A stretch of DNA of 63,889 nucleotides, filler included, from Conidiobolus incongruus B7586 (lineage: Eukaryota): assembly GCA_000697335.1 (NCBI GenBank). It is 3 parts of 3 records of this genome, joined end to end, with 100 filler letters (N's around TTAATTAATTAA, not from the genome) between each part and the next. Parts side by side here need not be neighbours in the genome. Positions count along the whole stretch, not along the records: positions 40,242 to 63,889 come from JNEM01006098.1; 2 more parts are not named here. The stretch is one strand, 5' to 3'. How positions within the stretch are numbered: position 1 is the stretch's first letter; each line of letters opens with the position of its first letter. This document shows, in pieces, positions 45,501-59,590 of this stretch. A model generated the notes under the pieces. It searched no databases and had not been told where the DNA came from. It saw only the letters and a program-made list of their open reading frames with translations. The position numbers were made by a program, and so were the translations under genes.

Positions 45501-46897
45501 TCTGGTTCTTGAGTAACAAAGCTCTTACAAAGAGTGTTTTCTTCAGCTGTGCTAGTGTCTTGAAGATTGAAAACCCTGAAGATGTTCTTGATGGCACAAG
45601 AATCCACCCTGAAGATTATGCTTTAGCGCGTAAAATGGCTGCTGATGCTCTGGAAATCGATGAAGAAGAATCGAATGATATTGAAAATCCATCCTATTAT
45701 GTCGAGCAACTTATGAATACTCGAAACAACAATTTGTCTGAACTCAATTTGGATGAATTTTCCAAAATCTTAGAAAGCTACAATCAGGTTCGTAAAAAGT
45801 GCACCTTGTCCATGATTTGTGATGAGATTCAGAATCCTTATTATGATCATCGTTCTCCTTATATCTCTGCTTCTCCCCACGAACTTTTTGCCCAGCTCAC
45901 AGGAGAAACTCCCTCAACCCTTCACGAAGATATGAAATTACCTGTTGAAGTTGTCCGCCAAACTCCCAAATTCTTCATTTGCCGCACAGATAGTGGCTTG
46001 GACGGATTCCTATCACTCGCCCGAATTCCTCATGGAACTGCCACACCATATGAGGGCCAAGTTATTACTTGCGTTGTTACTCGTGTGGATCTCAACCGCT
46101 TTTCTCTCGAGCTTTCTTTACTTCCAGAAGATTTTGCCAGAGCCAAAGAAGCGACCTGGTTGGTGTTCCACTCTTTCGATACTACTAATACCATTCCCAT
46201 TAAGGACGAATACTTTAAAGAGCCCGATACATCCAAACCAGTCCGCTCTCAGACATATGACTCTGGCTATTCTAATTCTGACTCCAGATCCAGAAACAAT
46301 GGTATCAATGACCAGATCTCCAACCACCCACTCTTCAAACAATTTAATTTCCAAGAAGCCGAGCAATACCTATCAACTAAATCTATTGGTGACTTAGTTA
46401 TTCGTCCCTCATCATCGGGTAACAATCATCTCTCTATCAGTTGGAAGATGCATGATGGTATATACCAACACTTGAATGTTTCTGAAACTAATGAACCTGC
46501 AAGTACCAATATTAACAGATCCATCACAATTGCTGGTCAAAGATATGAAAACATTGAAGATATGATTACTTCATACATCAATCCTTGCTTGATGATTATT
46601 CGCCAGGTTACAAGTCATCCCAAGTATCGCGAAGGTGGAGTATCCAAGTTGAAAGAGCATCTCCAGAACATTGCTTTACAACATCCTTCTCAATCGGTAT
46701 ATGGTTTATGTCTCAGCAATGAACGTCCTGGTTATGTTGTATTAGCTTATAAAATCAATGCCTCATCACCAGTGCAAGACATTCTTGTTAAAATTACACC
46801 TGGGCAATTTAGACTTAATGATAATACTTATTCTGATATCACCAAATTGATCAATGGATTCAAAGTCATGGTATCACAAAGAAATCGCCGTAATTAG
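42562..46897 (+). CDS. SPT6: Transcription elongation factor / histone chaperone Spt6 (5 exons)
   Basis: Acidic N-terminus, DIPERLQ, GLGPRKA, LDGTRIHPEDY.LARKMAADAL, S1 domain and tandem SH2 (HPLFK.FNF.EAE.YL...IRPSS). Introns at ~42803-42852, 42930-42977, 44073-44122 and 44271-44321. Confidence 0.95.
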
Positions 46898-47759
46898 TCT
46901 TCATCATCATAAACTATATTTTAACAATTTTTTATCTATTGTTTCAATTAATAAGAAAACCATCGAAATATTATAATGTATTATTTTATTAGCATATTCA
47001 TTTTTCATTAATAAATTTATAAGATTTAACTTTTTTTATTTACCACTTAATGCCAATTACAAAATTAAATTTTGTTGATTGTTTACTATTTGTTATAAGA
47101 TAATTAGAATTTTTCCATCTAGTATTTTCATAGTGTCAATTTTTAATATCTTGTTTTATACCTTAATTGTCTACCAATGTGACTTTAAATCCGCAATCCA
47201 TGATGGGAAATTGTTTAGTGCAATTGAGTGAACAATGTGAAAATTTAAAAATATGAAATAATAAAATAATACCATTTTATTAAATTATAAATGTATATAT
47301 TGATATTATAATACCATCCATTAACAATATTTAAATATTGAACTGTAAATTTTTTTACAATCATTACATAATTACTGTTAATTTAGCAGATATTAGTAAA
47401 TAATTTCATTTTCCAGCCCTTTTGATATTTATAAATATCAAGTGCTTGTCAAAGTATAAATATGAAATATTTATATTAACTTAATCATAATGATTTTTTT
47501 AAATTATGTTTTTAAAATCATGTAAAAATTAAAATAGTTTAAATAATTATTCAGCATGATATTGAATCAAATATAATTTATGGAAATAGTAAAGTATGAT
47601 CAAGATATTGTCTTTGAAATTATATTCCAACTTATTAGAAATGTTCAGTGTCATATGACTTAAATCTATTGATGTAGTGAAAGTATATTTCATTATGATC
47701 AATTTATTTTATAAGTAATAATAAGCATATATTTGTATTTTTTGGGACGTTAATTTATG

Positions 47760-49070
47760 GATTCATAACCCCGATCATCAATTTCTTGGGAATACCGAGT
47801 TCTTGTTCAGAGTCAATATCAACGTTGCCCATAATCTCTCTATCAGAGCTACTTTCATCCCAGATAATTGGAGCATCGGATTCCTCAATAGTAGAAATAC
47901 AATCGGAGAGAATCAGAATCCATTTACTGATATTCGATCTTCCAGGTTCTTCCTCATCAAATTTTTCATCATTAATCCCAGCTCCTGTCAGCTTGTTTTC
48001 ATTGATGAACGAATTAAGTTGGGCGAGAGGATTAGGTATTACACTCTCATCTTAGCTTTCATGAGACCCTTTTCTTGAAAGCCATGCAGAGCCTCCTAAA
48101 GATGGAATTAATGATTAAGCATTAACTTTTTACAATTTAAGTGCAGGAAGATTAATGACACATCTATATAGGATCATATTGCCAAACACCTCGCCAATAG
48201 AAATTAAATCAATTATTGCTATTATGTAGCCTGTACATTTTTCGCTAAAACAATAGTAACGCTTCTATTATTGAATGGAATTTATTGAAATTAAAAGCAT
48301 TTGAACGATAATCAGTAAGCTGATGAAACTGTATATGAATTCTCGTGAGAAAAAACTGTACACTTATTTCGAAGTAGATAGCTTGGACTGAAAACTCTGG
48401 ATGATTTCTCAGCAAGCAATGGCAGAGGCTATTTACTCGATATGGTATGTTATATTCTGCTATTTTAAGATAAATTCAAAAAATTTCAACTCTACAATGA
48501 CCAAACTAGTTTTTGTAGGTAATTATAATTTTAAAGATAAATATTTTGTATAATTGTTAAATAAAGCTTATAAACTATATTGCTTTTAAGCTTAAATCTA
48601 ATATCCCACATTATTTTATATTCAGGGAACTTTTATTTATGGTATTAAACTTGTATAAGACTTTTGCTTTTGGTGTTTTGAAATAACTTTTGGGTTATGT
48701 ATTTTGTTTTTTTCTTGAGTTTGATATTGTGTTCACCCTTATTAAAGAGTTGTTTGATTATTGGGGACTGTGTGGAGCTGGAATCAACCTGATGATTATA
48801 TGGTTCTGACTTTTCCAGCTTTATCCCAATGTTTAAGGCTGCTTAATTATATTCCAATGTATTCTTATATTTTGGAGGCGATAACATAAAAATTGTTTAT
48901 ATTTAACTGAGGATACCAATAATGCATTTAGTGCTGCATTATTTAAAATTTAATACTATTAAAGGTAATATCCAAGTATCTGTGTTGCAAGTGATAGTTT
49001 ATCAAAGCCTTGATTATTTATTGATAAGTGTGCACAGAACCAGTGGAAATTCTGGGAAGTGTTAAAATTA
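47760..49070 (-). repeat. Decayed coding-like region; 48780-49070 is homologous to 9330-9610
   Basis: Shared anchors with 9361/9536. The minus frame at 47760-48100 is acidic and open apart from one stop. Identity unknown. Confidence 0.45.
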
Positions 49071-49451
49071 TACATTAAAAAAGCAAACTTAGATTATTTT
49101 ACAATCAATTTATGAAGACTTTGGTTTGTAATAGATATTGTATTACTAATACTAATTTCATCATATCACAACCTATATATATACTATATGCTAATTAGTT
49201 GAACAGTGAATTAAAATCAATTCAACTTTAGTTATATCAAACCGCATTTAATAAATGAAAAATAAGTATATATATCAAACCAATCTATGTAGAAATAAAC
49301 TTCATACAACAGTATCGGAAAAGATTCGGCACTTGAATAATTAGCAATATATTCATTAATTGAATCATTGGTAAGTTTTAAACTATACAATTTAATCACG
49401 GTGCTATGCTTATCGTTATACAACAATATTCAATAGTAACCTATTATTAAA

Positions 49452-50052
49452 ATGTCTAACAAGTTATTTGTTGGTAACCTGGACTGGAACACTGAAGAAG
49501 AGGAGCTTCGTTCTTATTTCAGTCAATATGGCCAAGTTAGCAATGTTTCTATTGCTGTTAACAAAGAAAATGGTACATGATTATTATATTATATATGCTA
49601 ATTATCAGATAATATATTTTCAACCATCATCAATATTTTCTATAGCAATATTAGTCATTGTTTCATTCTTAGATATATTTTCAAATATACTAATTGCTTA
49701 AAATTTTAATTTTCTAATCAATTTTATCAATTTATGCAATACTTCAGGTCGTAGTCGAGGATTTGGCTTTGTCACTTACTTGACTGACGAATCTGTCAAT
49801 ACTGCTATTAAAAATTTAGACAATACTGGTTTCCGTGGTAGAACAATTAATGTCAAAATTGCAGAATCCAATCGTGAGCGTACACTCCGCCACCGTAATG
49901 GATATAATAATGGCGGAAATAATAATGGAGGATTCAACAAAAACTTTCAAAATCATCGTTCCAACTATGCAAATCGTGGAGGTTCACGCTTTAATTCATT
50001 CAGAGGTAGAGGAGGCAATAGCCGTAGAATCCAAGAACGAGTTCCTTCTTAG
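49452..50052 (+). CDS. Single-RRM, Gly/Arg/Asn-rich RNA-binding protein (GRP/CIRBP-like), intron 49573-49747
   Basis: RNP2 KLFVGNL and RNP1 RSRGFGFVTY are joined by splicing; RGG-type tail. Confidence 0.9.
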
Positions 50053-51711
50053 AAATTATCTACTGCAAAATCCTAAATTCAAAATTGCTTAAATTTGTTA
50101 ATTTGATATAATATTTAGCTTGATTATATATTTATATATTAAATTACTCATTGCTAAGGTAAATTGCTAATAATACACTTGCATTTAGTTTTATTTAAAT
50201 CTAATAAATACAATTTTCAAATTATTAAGTTTGACAATGTTTCCAGTTACCATATATCAAATTACTGTATTACGGAATTTAGCTTATATTATGATTTTAT
50301 ATAACTATTTTCAATTCAATAAACATGTAATTTCTTTAGTTGTTTGTTTGTGGTTCTATTAAATACGATTCAGGTGAGCAGTGTCAACTTAATTTTACAC
50401 TCGGTTCAAATTTTCAGTTTATAAATATTTTCATGTTGATAATTAAATATCAGAACATTTTATCTGAATAGGTTTTAAATTACAATATCTTATGTATAAT
50501 CTGATTTCTTTGATATTTTGAATTTAAATCATATAAATAATTAAATCACACTCAAAATATTGGTTTTTGATCAATTATATAATATATATTATATATTATA
50601 TATTTTCAAGCATTTTAACTTTTATAACTGGGAAGAGATACTGTCTTCTTTATTAAAGTGAATACATTTAAAATTTGACAATACTTAATTTAAAATAAAA
50701 AAGTTTTTATAATAATGAATTATTATACTAGGTCGAACGAGTTGGAATGAAAATAATTATATTGTACAATGGAACAAATATAATATGCGAAATAAGCAAT
50801 CTCAATATATACTTAAATTGGTATTGTTCAAATTTAAGTTTAGATTATTAATCTTTGGAGATCTAAGTATAAAAAGTTTGAATTTAATTGTTATTTGAAT
50901 AAATTATAATATATAATCCTCTTTAACTTATGAAAATGATATTTGTTTATATTCACCATTAATATCATAGAAAAATATATCTCTTATTTAATAAAAATTT
51001 AACATTTATGAATAATATTAAAGTTGATTTTACAATATTTTCATATTATCAAATTAAACATCAAACGGTAAGAATATTGCATTTCAAAATAATATATATT
51101 ATTGAGAGATATATAATAAATTGATGTAAATAATGTCCTAGATACTCATAAGAATTATCAAATAAACGTGATCAATAAATATTATAAATATATAAAATCT
51201 AATGAATAAATTAATTAAAGAATAATTATCATTTTTATTAATTTATATTTACAAATTAATATAAAATATTTAATATAAATGTAAGTGGTAAAAGAGAAAA
51301 AACTATTCTAAAAACAAGCTATATTATAATATAATAAGTTTTAAAATAATAGCCTAATTTTAAATATTTTCTAATATGAATTAAATATTTAAAAATAAAA
51401 TATAAAGTATACGAAATATAGTTATTATAGACATATTTTATATTTAAAATGATCAAAATAGATTGAATTTTAAGGTGGGATATATGTATATATCTGTTAA
51501 ATATAAAAATTATTATTTATATATATAATTGCTTAGTTTTCACTACTAAAAGTTCACATTTATCTATTAAAAATCATCACGATTAATATACAAAATGTTT
51601 TTGATAAAACTTTACTTTTTTTAGTCTATTTTATAAAAATATTTATATTAATAATTATATTTTAATATAAATTTTTAAACTTGAAAATCATTTTGATGAA
51701 TCAAATTATAT

Positions 51712-52023
51712 TGTGGTTACCTAGATGCTAACCTCCCCGAGCGTCTGTGCCTCACTATCTATTTCCTTATGGAGATATTACCATGGAAGGTACATCACTC
51801 TACTCTAAATATCTCATCCTCTAAACTCTATCTTTAGCTGATAACTATACTATAAAAGAACCAATGTCATAAGTCTAACCATAGGAGGTTAGTGGACCCC
51901 TTACAAGATAAAAATATCCTTTCATCTTCTCAATAAAGTCTTTAAATTAGTACTGTCACTCACTAACAGTAGCTTACCCGCCTCAGTTGCTTATTTTATA
52001 CATTTCCAGCAACTGGCATTGCA
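51712..52023 (+). mobile_element. Solo-LTR-like island (~312 bp)
   Basis: GC-richer TG...CA segment with TATAAAAG and AATAAA in LTR order. The 3' end TTTCCAG...TTGCA resembles that of 13399-13729. TSD is not clean. Confidence 0.45.
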
Positions 52024-54158
52024 AAGATATTTATAATTTAAAATATTTTATATTTACAAGTTTTTATCAATCAAATGAAATTAATGAATTAATAGTTTTA
52101 AAAGTTAAATATAATTTAATTGAATATCTATTTAGGAAAATATATTAAAATTAGTTAATGATAGGAATTATAATACTATAAATAGCTTAAAATCCATATA
52201 ACCTCTTATACTAATTAGAAAAAATATCATCTTATTAAAATGGATATAAAAAATTGGCTTATATTTTTTTTCAATATATTCAATTAATCTGCACCAGTAT
52301 TAAAAATGTATTTTATAAATGTAAATCTATAGTAAAATATGAAATTTGTTTGATAAATTATATAAATATGACATCAATCTACCTAGAGAATTTATATCGA
52401 ATTGATTTTCTTTAATCTTTGATATAGAGTACTAAAATTAACAATGCAGTATTAGTTCATTAAAGTTCTCCTTTTTGGCTGAAGAATAGTTCTGAAATTG
52501 AATATAAGTTTAACAAATTAAGTACAAAACATTAATTTTTTATCAAATAAATTATGTATTAATTGATATCTTCAGAGTTTTTCAAATTATATTCTCATAA
52601 AATTTTATGTTTAAATATTAAAATTTTATAATATGATCATCTAATAATAAATAATAACTCAATTAAGGAATTGATTACCATACTAATTCATTTATATTTA
52701 GAATAAATTAAATATAAAGAAAAAATTTGTATAAACTGAATATAATATTGATTGATTTTATAAGCATTAGATACCAAGTAAAATTAGCTCAAATGTCAAT
52801 CATTAGTAATCTTAAAACATCAATTCAAAATTGATCTCTAATGAAATATATTATGTTTCTAAATTCAATAATAGTTATAAATTAATATGAAAAGTTATAA
52901 TTATATTCAATCTTTGGTCATTTTAAAGATTTAACATATTTTTTAGTATGGAATTTGATTGAATAAATTTATCTTACTAAAAATCGGAATTCTGAGTTAA
53001 AATCTTGGTAATAAGATAATAAGTATTAATTTAAAATTTAGCGAAAACATTGGAAAACAATTAGATGTGTAATATTAGTGATATTGCATTGCATTCATAT
53101 ATGATTTATGCTTTATGGTGCTAGTATTTATGCAAGTTATTAATGATTTTTTCAAATAGGATGATACACTATCAACTATTTTGAATTCAATATTAAATAT
53201 AAAAAACCTGAGTAAAATAGCAAAAATGATAAAAATATATATAATATAATTCCAAATCACAATGTGATAAAAATAAATATACTATAGTTGATTAATCAAA
53301 TTTTCATTATTTTATTTTTAGCAACTTAGGCTAAGATTTTTTGGTTATAGTTTAGAATGTTAATTTTTATAGATAGATTTAAAAATATATTATTTATAAT
53401 TAACTATAGTATTTTTTATGAAATTTTTAAATCATATCAAATTAACGTGATATCATAATACTTTAGTGAATATAGCTTATGAATATAATATTAACTGTAA
53501 ACTATATGAATATTAGAGTAAAATGAACAAAATACATTTTTTAGCTAATCAAAATCTGGTGATTTCATCAAAATTCTAATTTAGTTCCTAAATGTCAATA
53601 ATACTAAAAATTTAAATGAAAAATATAGACAAATGGATATAAAGCATGGATTTGACATATATACTATGTATAATTTCCTTTATGTAATTAGTTAATCTTT
53701 CATTAATTTATATTCGTTGAATTTTTTAAGTGTTCAATTTGTAATTATTTCTTAGAAATAATTTCCGAAAGATAAGTTCAATCAAGATATTGAAATTACT
53801 TAACCGTTAAATATTATATTGAATTAAGCAAACTTGAATGGTTTGATATATGTCAAATAATTGGTGTATTACTTTCTAAAAAATCGATTTTTATTCACAG
53901 CTAAAATAAGAAAGCTTTGAACTTTACCATATTTAATAACTGATCGAATTAATATTATTTGCTCTATTAATTTATCAACAAACACTAACTAAATATCAAC
54001 TCAAGTAATATGGATAATCATTTACATTTGAAATTAATAGGGTGGGTAGTGAAAATAAATATCCTAATATCCGATTTCAATAAAATTTATATTCCTTACC
54101 TACAATGATTTAGTTTAAATATACCCGGTATTCCATTCTTTGGACTTTATTTCAAACA

Positions 54159-55505
54159 ATGAAGTGGTTCAATAGTTTTGGGTTGATAGGCTTACTTATC
54201 TTTGGGTCATCCACAGTCATCTCAACAGAGCTTGGTACTAATTATGCTTTTCTTCAAAGAAGAGCCGAATTGGCCAAAGCAGCAACCACGAAAACCACTG
54301 CTGAGAATGCGACTGCAGCTGGTTGCACACCTATTGTCAGAAAAGAGATTCATCAACTATCCGATGATGAGTTGGAGAAATTCCACAAAGCATTTGAGCA
54401 GGTGAGAGATTCGGGTATGTATGCTGAGTTATGTAGAATCCATTTGGATAGTGTCGATTTCGCGCACGGTACACCGTATTTCTTGCCATGGCATAGAGAG
54501 ATCATCTTCAGGTTGGAAAAAGCGCTCAGAGAAGTAGACTCAAGCATCGCTTTACCTTATTGGGACTGGTCTCTGGAGTCTCAAAGTCCAGAATCCAGTG
54601 TTGTTTTCACTAGCAAATACTTTGGAGGGAATGGCCATGGAGACTGCATCGGTGGCAGGTACGCAAACTCCGGAATGGGATGCGTGATACGTGATTTTGA
54701 TCAGGGGAATAGCATGGGAGCATTTGCTGCTCCTGAGCTACTTAACAACATCCTTCGCGCTCGCAGTTTCGAAGAGTTCTGGAATCGTATTGAATCCTCA
54801 CCTCATGGTAACGTCCACAATAACATCGGAGGAGATATGGCCACAATGAGAAGCTGTAAAGATATTTTTTTCTACTTGCATCATGCTTTTATCGATAAAT
54901 TGTGGTGGCTTTGGCAGAGTAGTAACTCGGATAACCTTATGGATTTTTCAGGAAGTTTAGGCTCAAATCTCCAACCTTTTGGAAAGAGTGTTAGAGCAGT
55001 CATGGATATCAACAACGACTCCTATTGCTACTCATATTCGAGCTATGGTCTTGTTCGTGCTGCTTCAAGAATCAATAGAAGAGGTGACGATGGATCTGAA
55101 CAGAGCTCAGATATCCAAGCTGCATCTGTTTCTGAAGCTGATGCATCCGCAGATACTGGTCTTGTAAATGCTGAAAGTGAAGAAAATACTTCTAAGCCAG
55201 AGCTTCAATCTTCAAGTGTTACTGAGAATAACGAAGCAAGTGAATATTTGGTTGATCCGTACGATCGTGAGAATGAATATAAGCTTAGAGCTCCTAACCC
55301 TCTACCCGATAGCTACTTGAATATGGCCAAGCTTGACATTCCCAAAGTTCGTACTTATGAAGCAGAAAATCGTCAGACTATTATTGATTTGAATAAGAAG
55401 GAAGACTACGTTTCACCAGTTGCTTTATCTCGCAAAGAGTCCACCATTAAGAATTTAGTGAAAGGTATCTATACTCCACTTCACAACGTATTGGGTCTAT
55501 TTTAA
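54159..55505 (+). CDS. Secreted tyrosinase-family (type-3 di-copper) protein
   Basis: Signal peptide; RKEIHQLS, H...AHG..FLPWHR (CuA), LPYWDWS, PHGNVHNNIGG.M...D..F.LHHAFIDKLW (CuB). Intronless. Confidence 0.93.
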   Translation: MKWFNSFGLIGLLIFGSSTVISTELGTNYAFLQRRAELAKAATTKTTAENATAAGCTPIVRKEIHQLSDDELEKFHKAFEQVRDSGMYAELCRIHLDSVDFAHGTPYFLPWHREIIFRLEKALREVDSSIALPYWDWSLESQSPESSVVFTSKYFGGNGHGDCIGGRYANSGMGCVIRDFDQGNSMGAFAAPELLNNILRARSFEEFWNRIESSPHGNVHNNIGGDMATMRSCKDIFFYLHHAFIDKLWWLWQSSNSDNLMDFSGSLGSNLQPFGKSVRAVMDINNDSYCYSYSSYGLVRAASRINRRGDDGSEQSSDIQAASVSEADASADTGLVNAESEENTSKPELQSSSVTENNEASEYLVDPYDRENEYKLRAPNPLPDSYLNMAKLDIPKVRTYEAENRQTIIDLNKKEDYVSPVALSRKESTIKNLVKGIYTPLHNVLGLF

Positions 55506-55734
55506 TAATTATTTATTGGATAGAAAAGAATTTTTTAATATGAAGATTACAAAATTAATTGAAACTTTAATACTAGCACACATAATATTTAATGATCTAC
55601 ACTATTTAATGATACATTTATTAAAATAAACATGATTTCACATTAACATTCAATTATTTTATTACTCATTATTAATACTAAAGTAAATCATAGGAAAAAT
55701 TTAAGAATAGAGAATTATCAGTAAAAATGAAAAA

Positions 55735-58611
55735 TTATCTAAATTCATTATGAATCATCGCACTGGATGCATTATGACGGAATCCTACTATTTTGGCAAT
55801 GTTAGCAGATCGATAATCTTCTCTGCATGCTAAGTATGGATACAATAATTGAGGATCAATTTTACCAAGGATACCATCTCTGAGCACTGAGGGCAATGCT
55901 TCAGGAACCTGAATAAACAAATTAGAGAGTGCTCTCAACATTTCAAACCTTTCTGTAAGTTGGGGAATTTTAAGCTCATTAATTACAGTTTGAAATTTGG
56001 AAATGTCGTTGGATAATAATATCCCACCACTAATACTAACAGTGTATCTCTTGTAATGATCAAGGAGGATTTCGTGGAGGATAACACCCAGTTCGAGTAG
56101 AAAAGTTCTCAAATTTTCACCTTCAAGGTACTGCTGAGCACTACCACACATTTTAATTAATACATCAACAGATCGCAAACAGGGTTCAGTTGCAGGTGTC
56201 AAGAAATCAAAATCTTGATCATTAGGCTTAAAATCGTTGGGCTTCTGGTGCTGTAAAATGATTGGAATCCATCCAGAGAAACTGCTCAATTCAGACTGCA
56301 ATAGGAAATTAATCTTTTCTTCAACTTTAGATATGAATTCATTTTTGTAAATGACTATCATTCGATAAGCAGGAGGTGAATGGATCATAAGTGGAAGAAC
56401 ACAATTTTGGAAATGTTTTTGTACTAATTGGACGATATGCGATGAAAAAGCTACAATCTCGAAGGTTTTGGCAAATTCAGGTTCAACTCTAAGATCTCTT
56501 AATTTCAACTCATGTTCATATGAATGGTAGATAGAATGTAAAAATTCATTGCTTAATGATCAGTTAAACTCTTGAACAATTCGATAGTAAATCGTGGCAA
56601 ATCCGATGGTGAACATAATTCTGCGCACCTTCCCAGTGCTTCAGCATGAATTTCAAGGAGTTTTGATACAAGTTGGATTTGAGGTGACATATGGAGCTCA
56701 TTTCCATTGTCGTCATATTCAGAAGAAAGCCTAGTTCCGAAGTAACTACGGCGCTTAGTTGGAGTTCCAGGATTCGAGGGGACAGTAGGAGAAGCAGGAG
56801 TAGAATCCGGAGTCGTATTTCCTTGATTCAGTAAGTTGGTATTGATTAAATTGGTATTGATTTTTTCGGCAACTCGAGAAAACATATTTTGCTTATTATT
56901 ACTCTTTTTACTCAATTTTTGGGATTGTGTGATAAATGGCTCAGTAATACTAGTGAAGGTATTTTTAACAAAATCAGTTTCTAGATTCATGTACATTGAA
57001 TTGTCCAAATAAGGTACAAATAAATCTTCCATACATTGGTCTAAAGTGATTGATACAGAGGTGTGGGTGTCGTGGACTTGATTGGCGACTACTGAAGTAG
57101 TTTGATTAGCCATCTGCCTCTTAATTGTAGGGAATATTGTTTCCTGGTCGAATTGTTTTAGATCATGAACCAAACTTGAGACACATGAGTGAGCAGTTGA
57201 CAAAGTACGGAGATAATTCAAGCTTGATAATTCTCTTGCTTGGTCAAGTAAACCTTCTAAATAAGTTTGAATTGATTGAGCAAACATTCTTTCTAAGAAT
57301 AACTGCAAAACGAAAAGTGAATTGGGAAATACTTGAGAAATGACTTCCCATTCCTTGGCAACTACTGAACGGATTTCATCACAGAGCTTTACCATATAAG
57401 GATCAGGACCAGAGGGGTGAGACAAAGGGTCTGATTTAGATGTAGAATCGCTCGACATACTGAAATCCATACTATATGTCGATTCCTTCATCTTTCTCTT
57501 AGAATAGAAGAATTCATGTTGATTTACATAAGTTTGAACACATGAGTTACCACCATTGAAATCAAGTAAAGTTTTTGAGCATCTCTAAATATTAGAATTA
57601 GAAATTAATTTGTTTAATAAGTTCCTATATATTTACCGCCATTGTAGCAATATCTCCATTTTTATACGCTTGATCAAATGTTTCTAATAAATCAGTTTCA
57701 AGTTTTTCGCTGTACTTTTCAATATTAGCTTGAATCTAAAAGGAAAATAATATGTTAAAATAAGGAAAAATTTCGAATGAAATTAATTATCTTACTGTGC
57801 TAGCATTAGGAACATCAAGCTCTTTAGCAATACTAGTAAGTCTTCTTGTAATAATAGCAGCCTTGAAATTGATTCAATTATTATCAATGCACGAATATAT
57901 AATAAAAATTTAATATACTTGATATTGGCCCTCTGCACCTCTTTGAAGTCTCATTTCTTCCAATTGAGCGCATTGACCAGAACCAAATTCGTTAAAATAT
58001 TTGAATAAATCTCGAGTTTGAGCAGCTCTAGAACGTTGTTTATGAATAGTTTCCAACTGTTCACCAATTCTCACAGCCGCGGGTCCTACTTTATTAATAC
58101 CGTTTTCTAATTGGTTGGAAGTATCTTGAACTTGCTAATGCTAAGATTAACGATTAATTTGAAGATGAACATTTATAAAAATTACTTGAAAGCCAATTTC
58201 TAATTTTTTAATATTTTGTTTTTGAGCTTGTTCAGCTTGTTGAGAAGCAACTTCTAACTCATTGATTCTTTGGTGAACTTTAGATTTTAAATTTAATAGA
58301 CTTTCTAAAGCGTATTCAAAAGAATGAATAAAAGGCCTGGCAACAAATTCTATATTTGAAATAAATTAATACGTGTTGAAATATTGACAAAATGATAGAT
58401 ATTTTATACCAGATAAATCATTTCTTGCTTCTTCTACAATTGTGCTAGATAAACCATCAATAAACGAACGAGAGTCAAAATCATTCTAAATAAAATTAAA
58501 TGTAAATAATTATTAAGATGTGTTAAAATTAGTATAACATACATAAAAATGATTTAAAGTTAATTGATCGGATAAAGTTTTATCACTTGTATAAAGTTTT
58601 TTATCTTCCAT
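55735..58611 (-). CDS. SEC10: Exocyst subunit Sec10 (multi-exon), with an apparent 1-bp frameshift near 56555
   Basis: AVRIGEQLETIHKQRSRA, IEKYSEKLETDLL..FD.AY, LLDFNGGNSCVQTYVNQH.FF, QKPNDFKP, LLDHYKRYTVSISGGILLSNDI. ATG at 58611. Confidence 0.92.
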
Positions 58612-58650
58612 TATTATATAATATTAGCATTAATTATTGATAGAGCATTT

Positions 58651-59108
58651 TTTTTTTTTTATGAGGAAAGGATTTATTCGACAACTTATGGGATGACATA
58701 ATAAAACCGCCGTATCACTTAGTAATTACCAAGTATACGTAATAGTTACAAAGCATATAGTATATTTCCAATTCATCCAAGTGGATAACCGTAGTAATTC
58801 CTGGGACAGGACCCAATTCACTTAATTTCTCGCTAAAGGAGTATATAAAACAGATGTAGGCAAAAGTAAACAGACATGAGATGGTGATCTTAAAACGAGA
58901 AAGAACCAGAGGACACAGGTATACAAAGTGTGGGCAGCCACTATGTAAGAAAAGTGACTTGGAGGTTAATAGATCTTCACAGAGCAGTCAAGCTTAGCAC
59001 ATACAATGAAACTCGAGATAGAGGACAAATAACAATCCGGGACATGTCATAGATAGACAAGCCTTTGAGGTGCCATTATTCGTCGAGTGAGGGTTATAAG
59101 AAACCCCT
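58651..59108 (-). mobile_element. Polyadenylated non-LTR retroposon insertion (5'-truncated LINE 3' end or non-tRNA SINE)
   Basis: 14-bp TSD TTGATAGAGCATTT (58637-58650 and 59109-59122). On the minus strand it ends AATAAATCCTTTCCTCAT followed by A13. GC-richer than its flanks. Confidence 0.88.
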
Positions 59109-59590
59109 TTGATAGAGCATTTATGATTGTTCCACTTTATAAGTTACGAATTTTAGATAAATTCAATTTTTAAAATAATGGGATTAAATGTTATTTGTGA
59201 CAGTCTTCTAAATATGATATATTTATCATCGTCTAAATTGTATGATAAAATATAATTAATTTAATAAATTATTAAAATAATATATAATATTGATTCTAAA
59301 TTATAATCTATTTTTCATTTAGTATTATTAATGATATATTGAGTTATAATAAAAGTTGAACATGTTTTTTGAACAAAATTAAATAATATTCACATGTTTT
59401 ATTTAATAACAGTTCACAAAATATAATCATTATCTGAATTGACATATTAAAAATTAAAACAATAAAAACATTATTAACATTGAATTATATTAAAATATTC
59501 GTTAATAAAAATGATTATAATGAAGTTTATTCTATTTCTATAAAACAATAATTTTGATTAAAGTGGGTCATTGTTTACATATGATCCATT

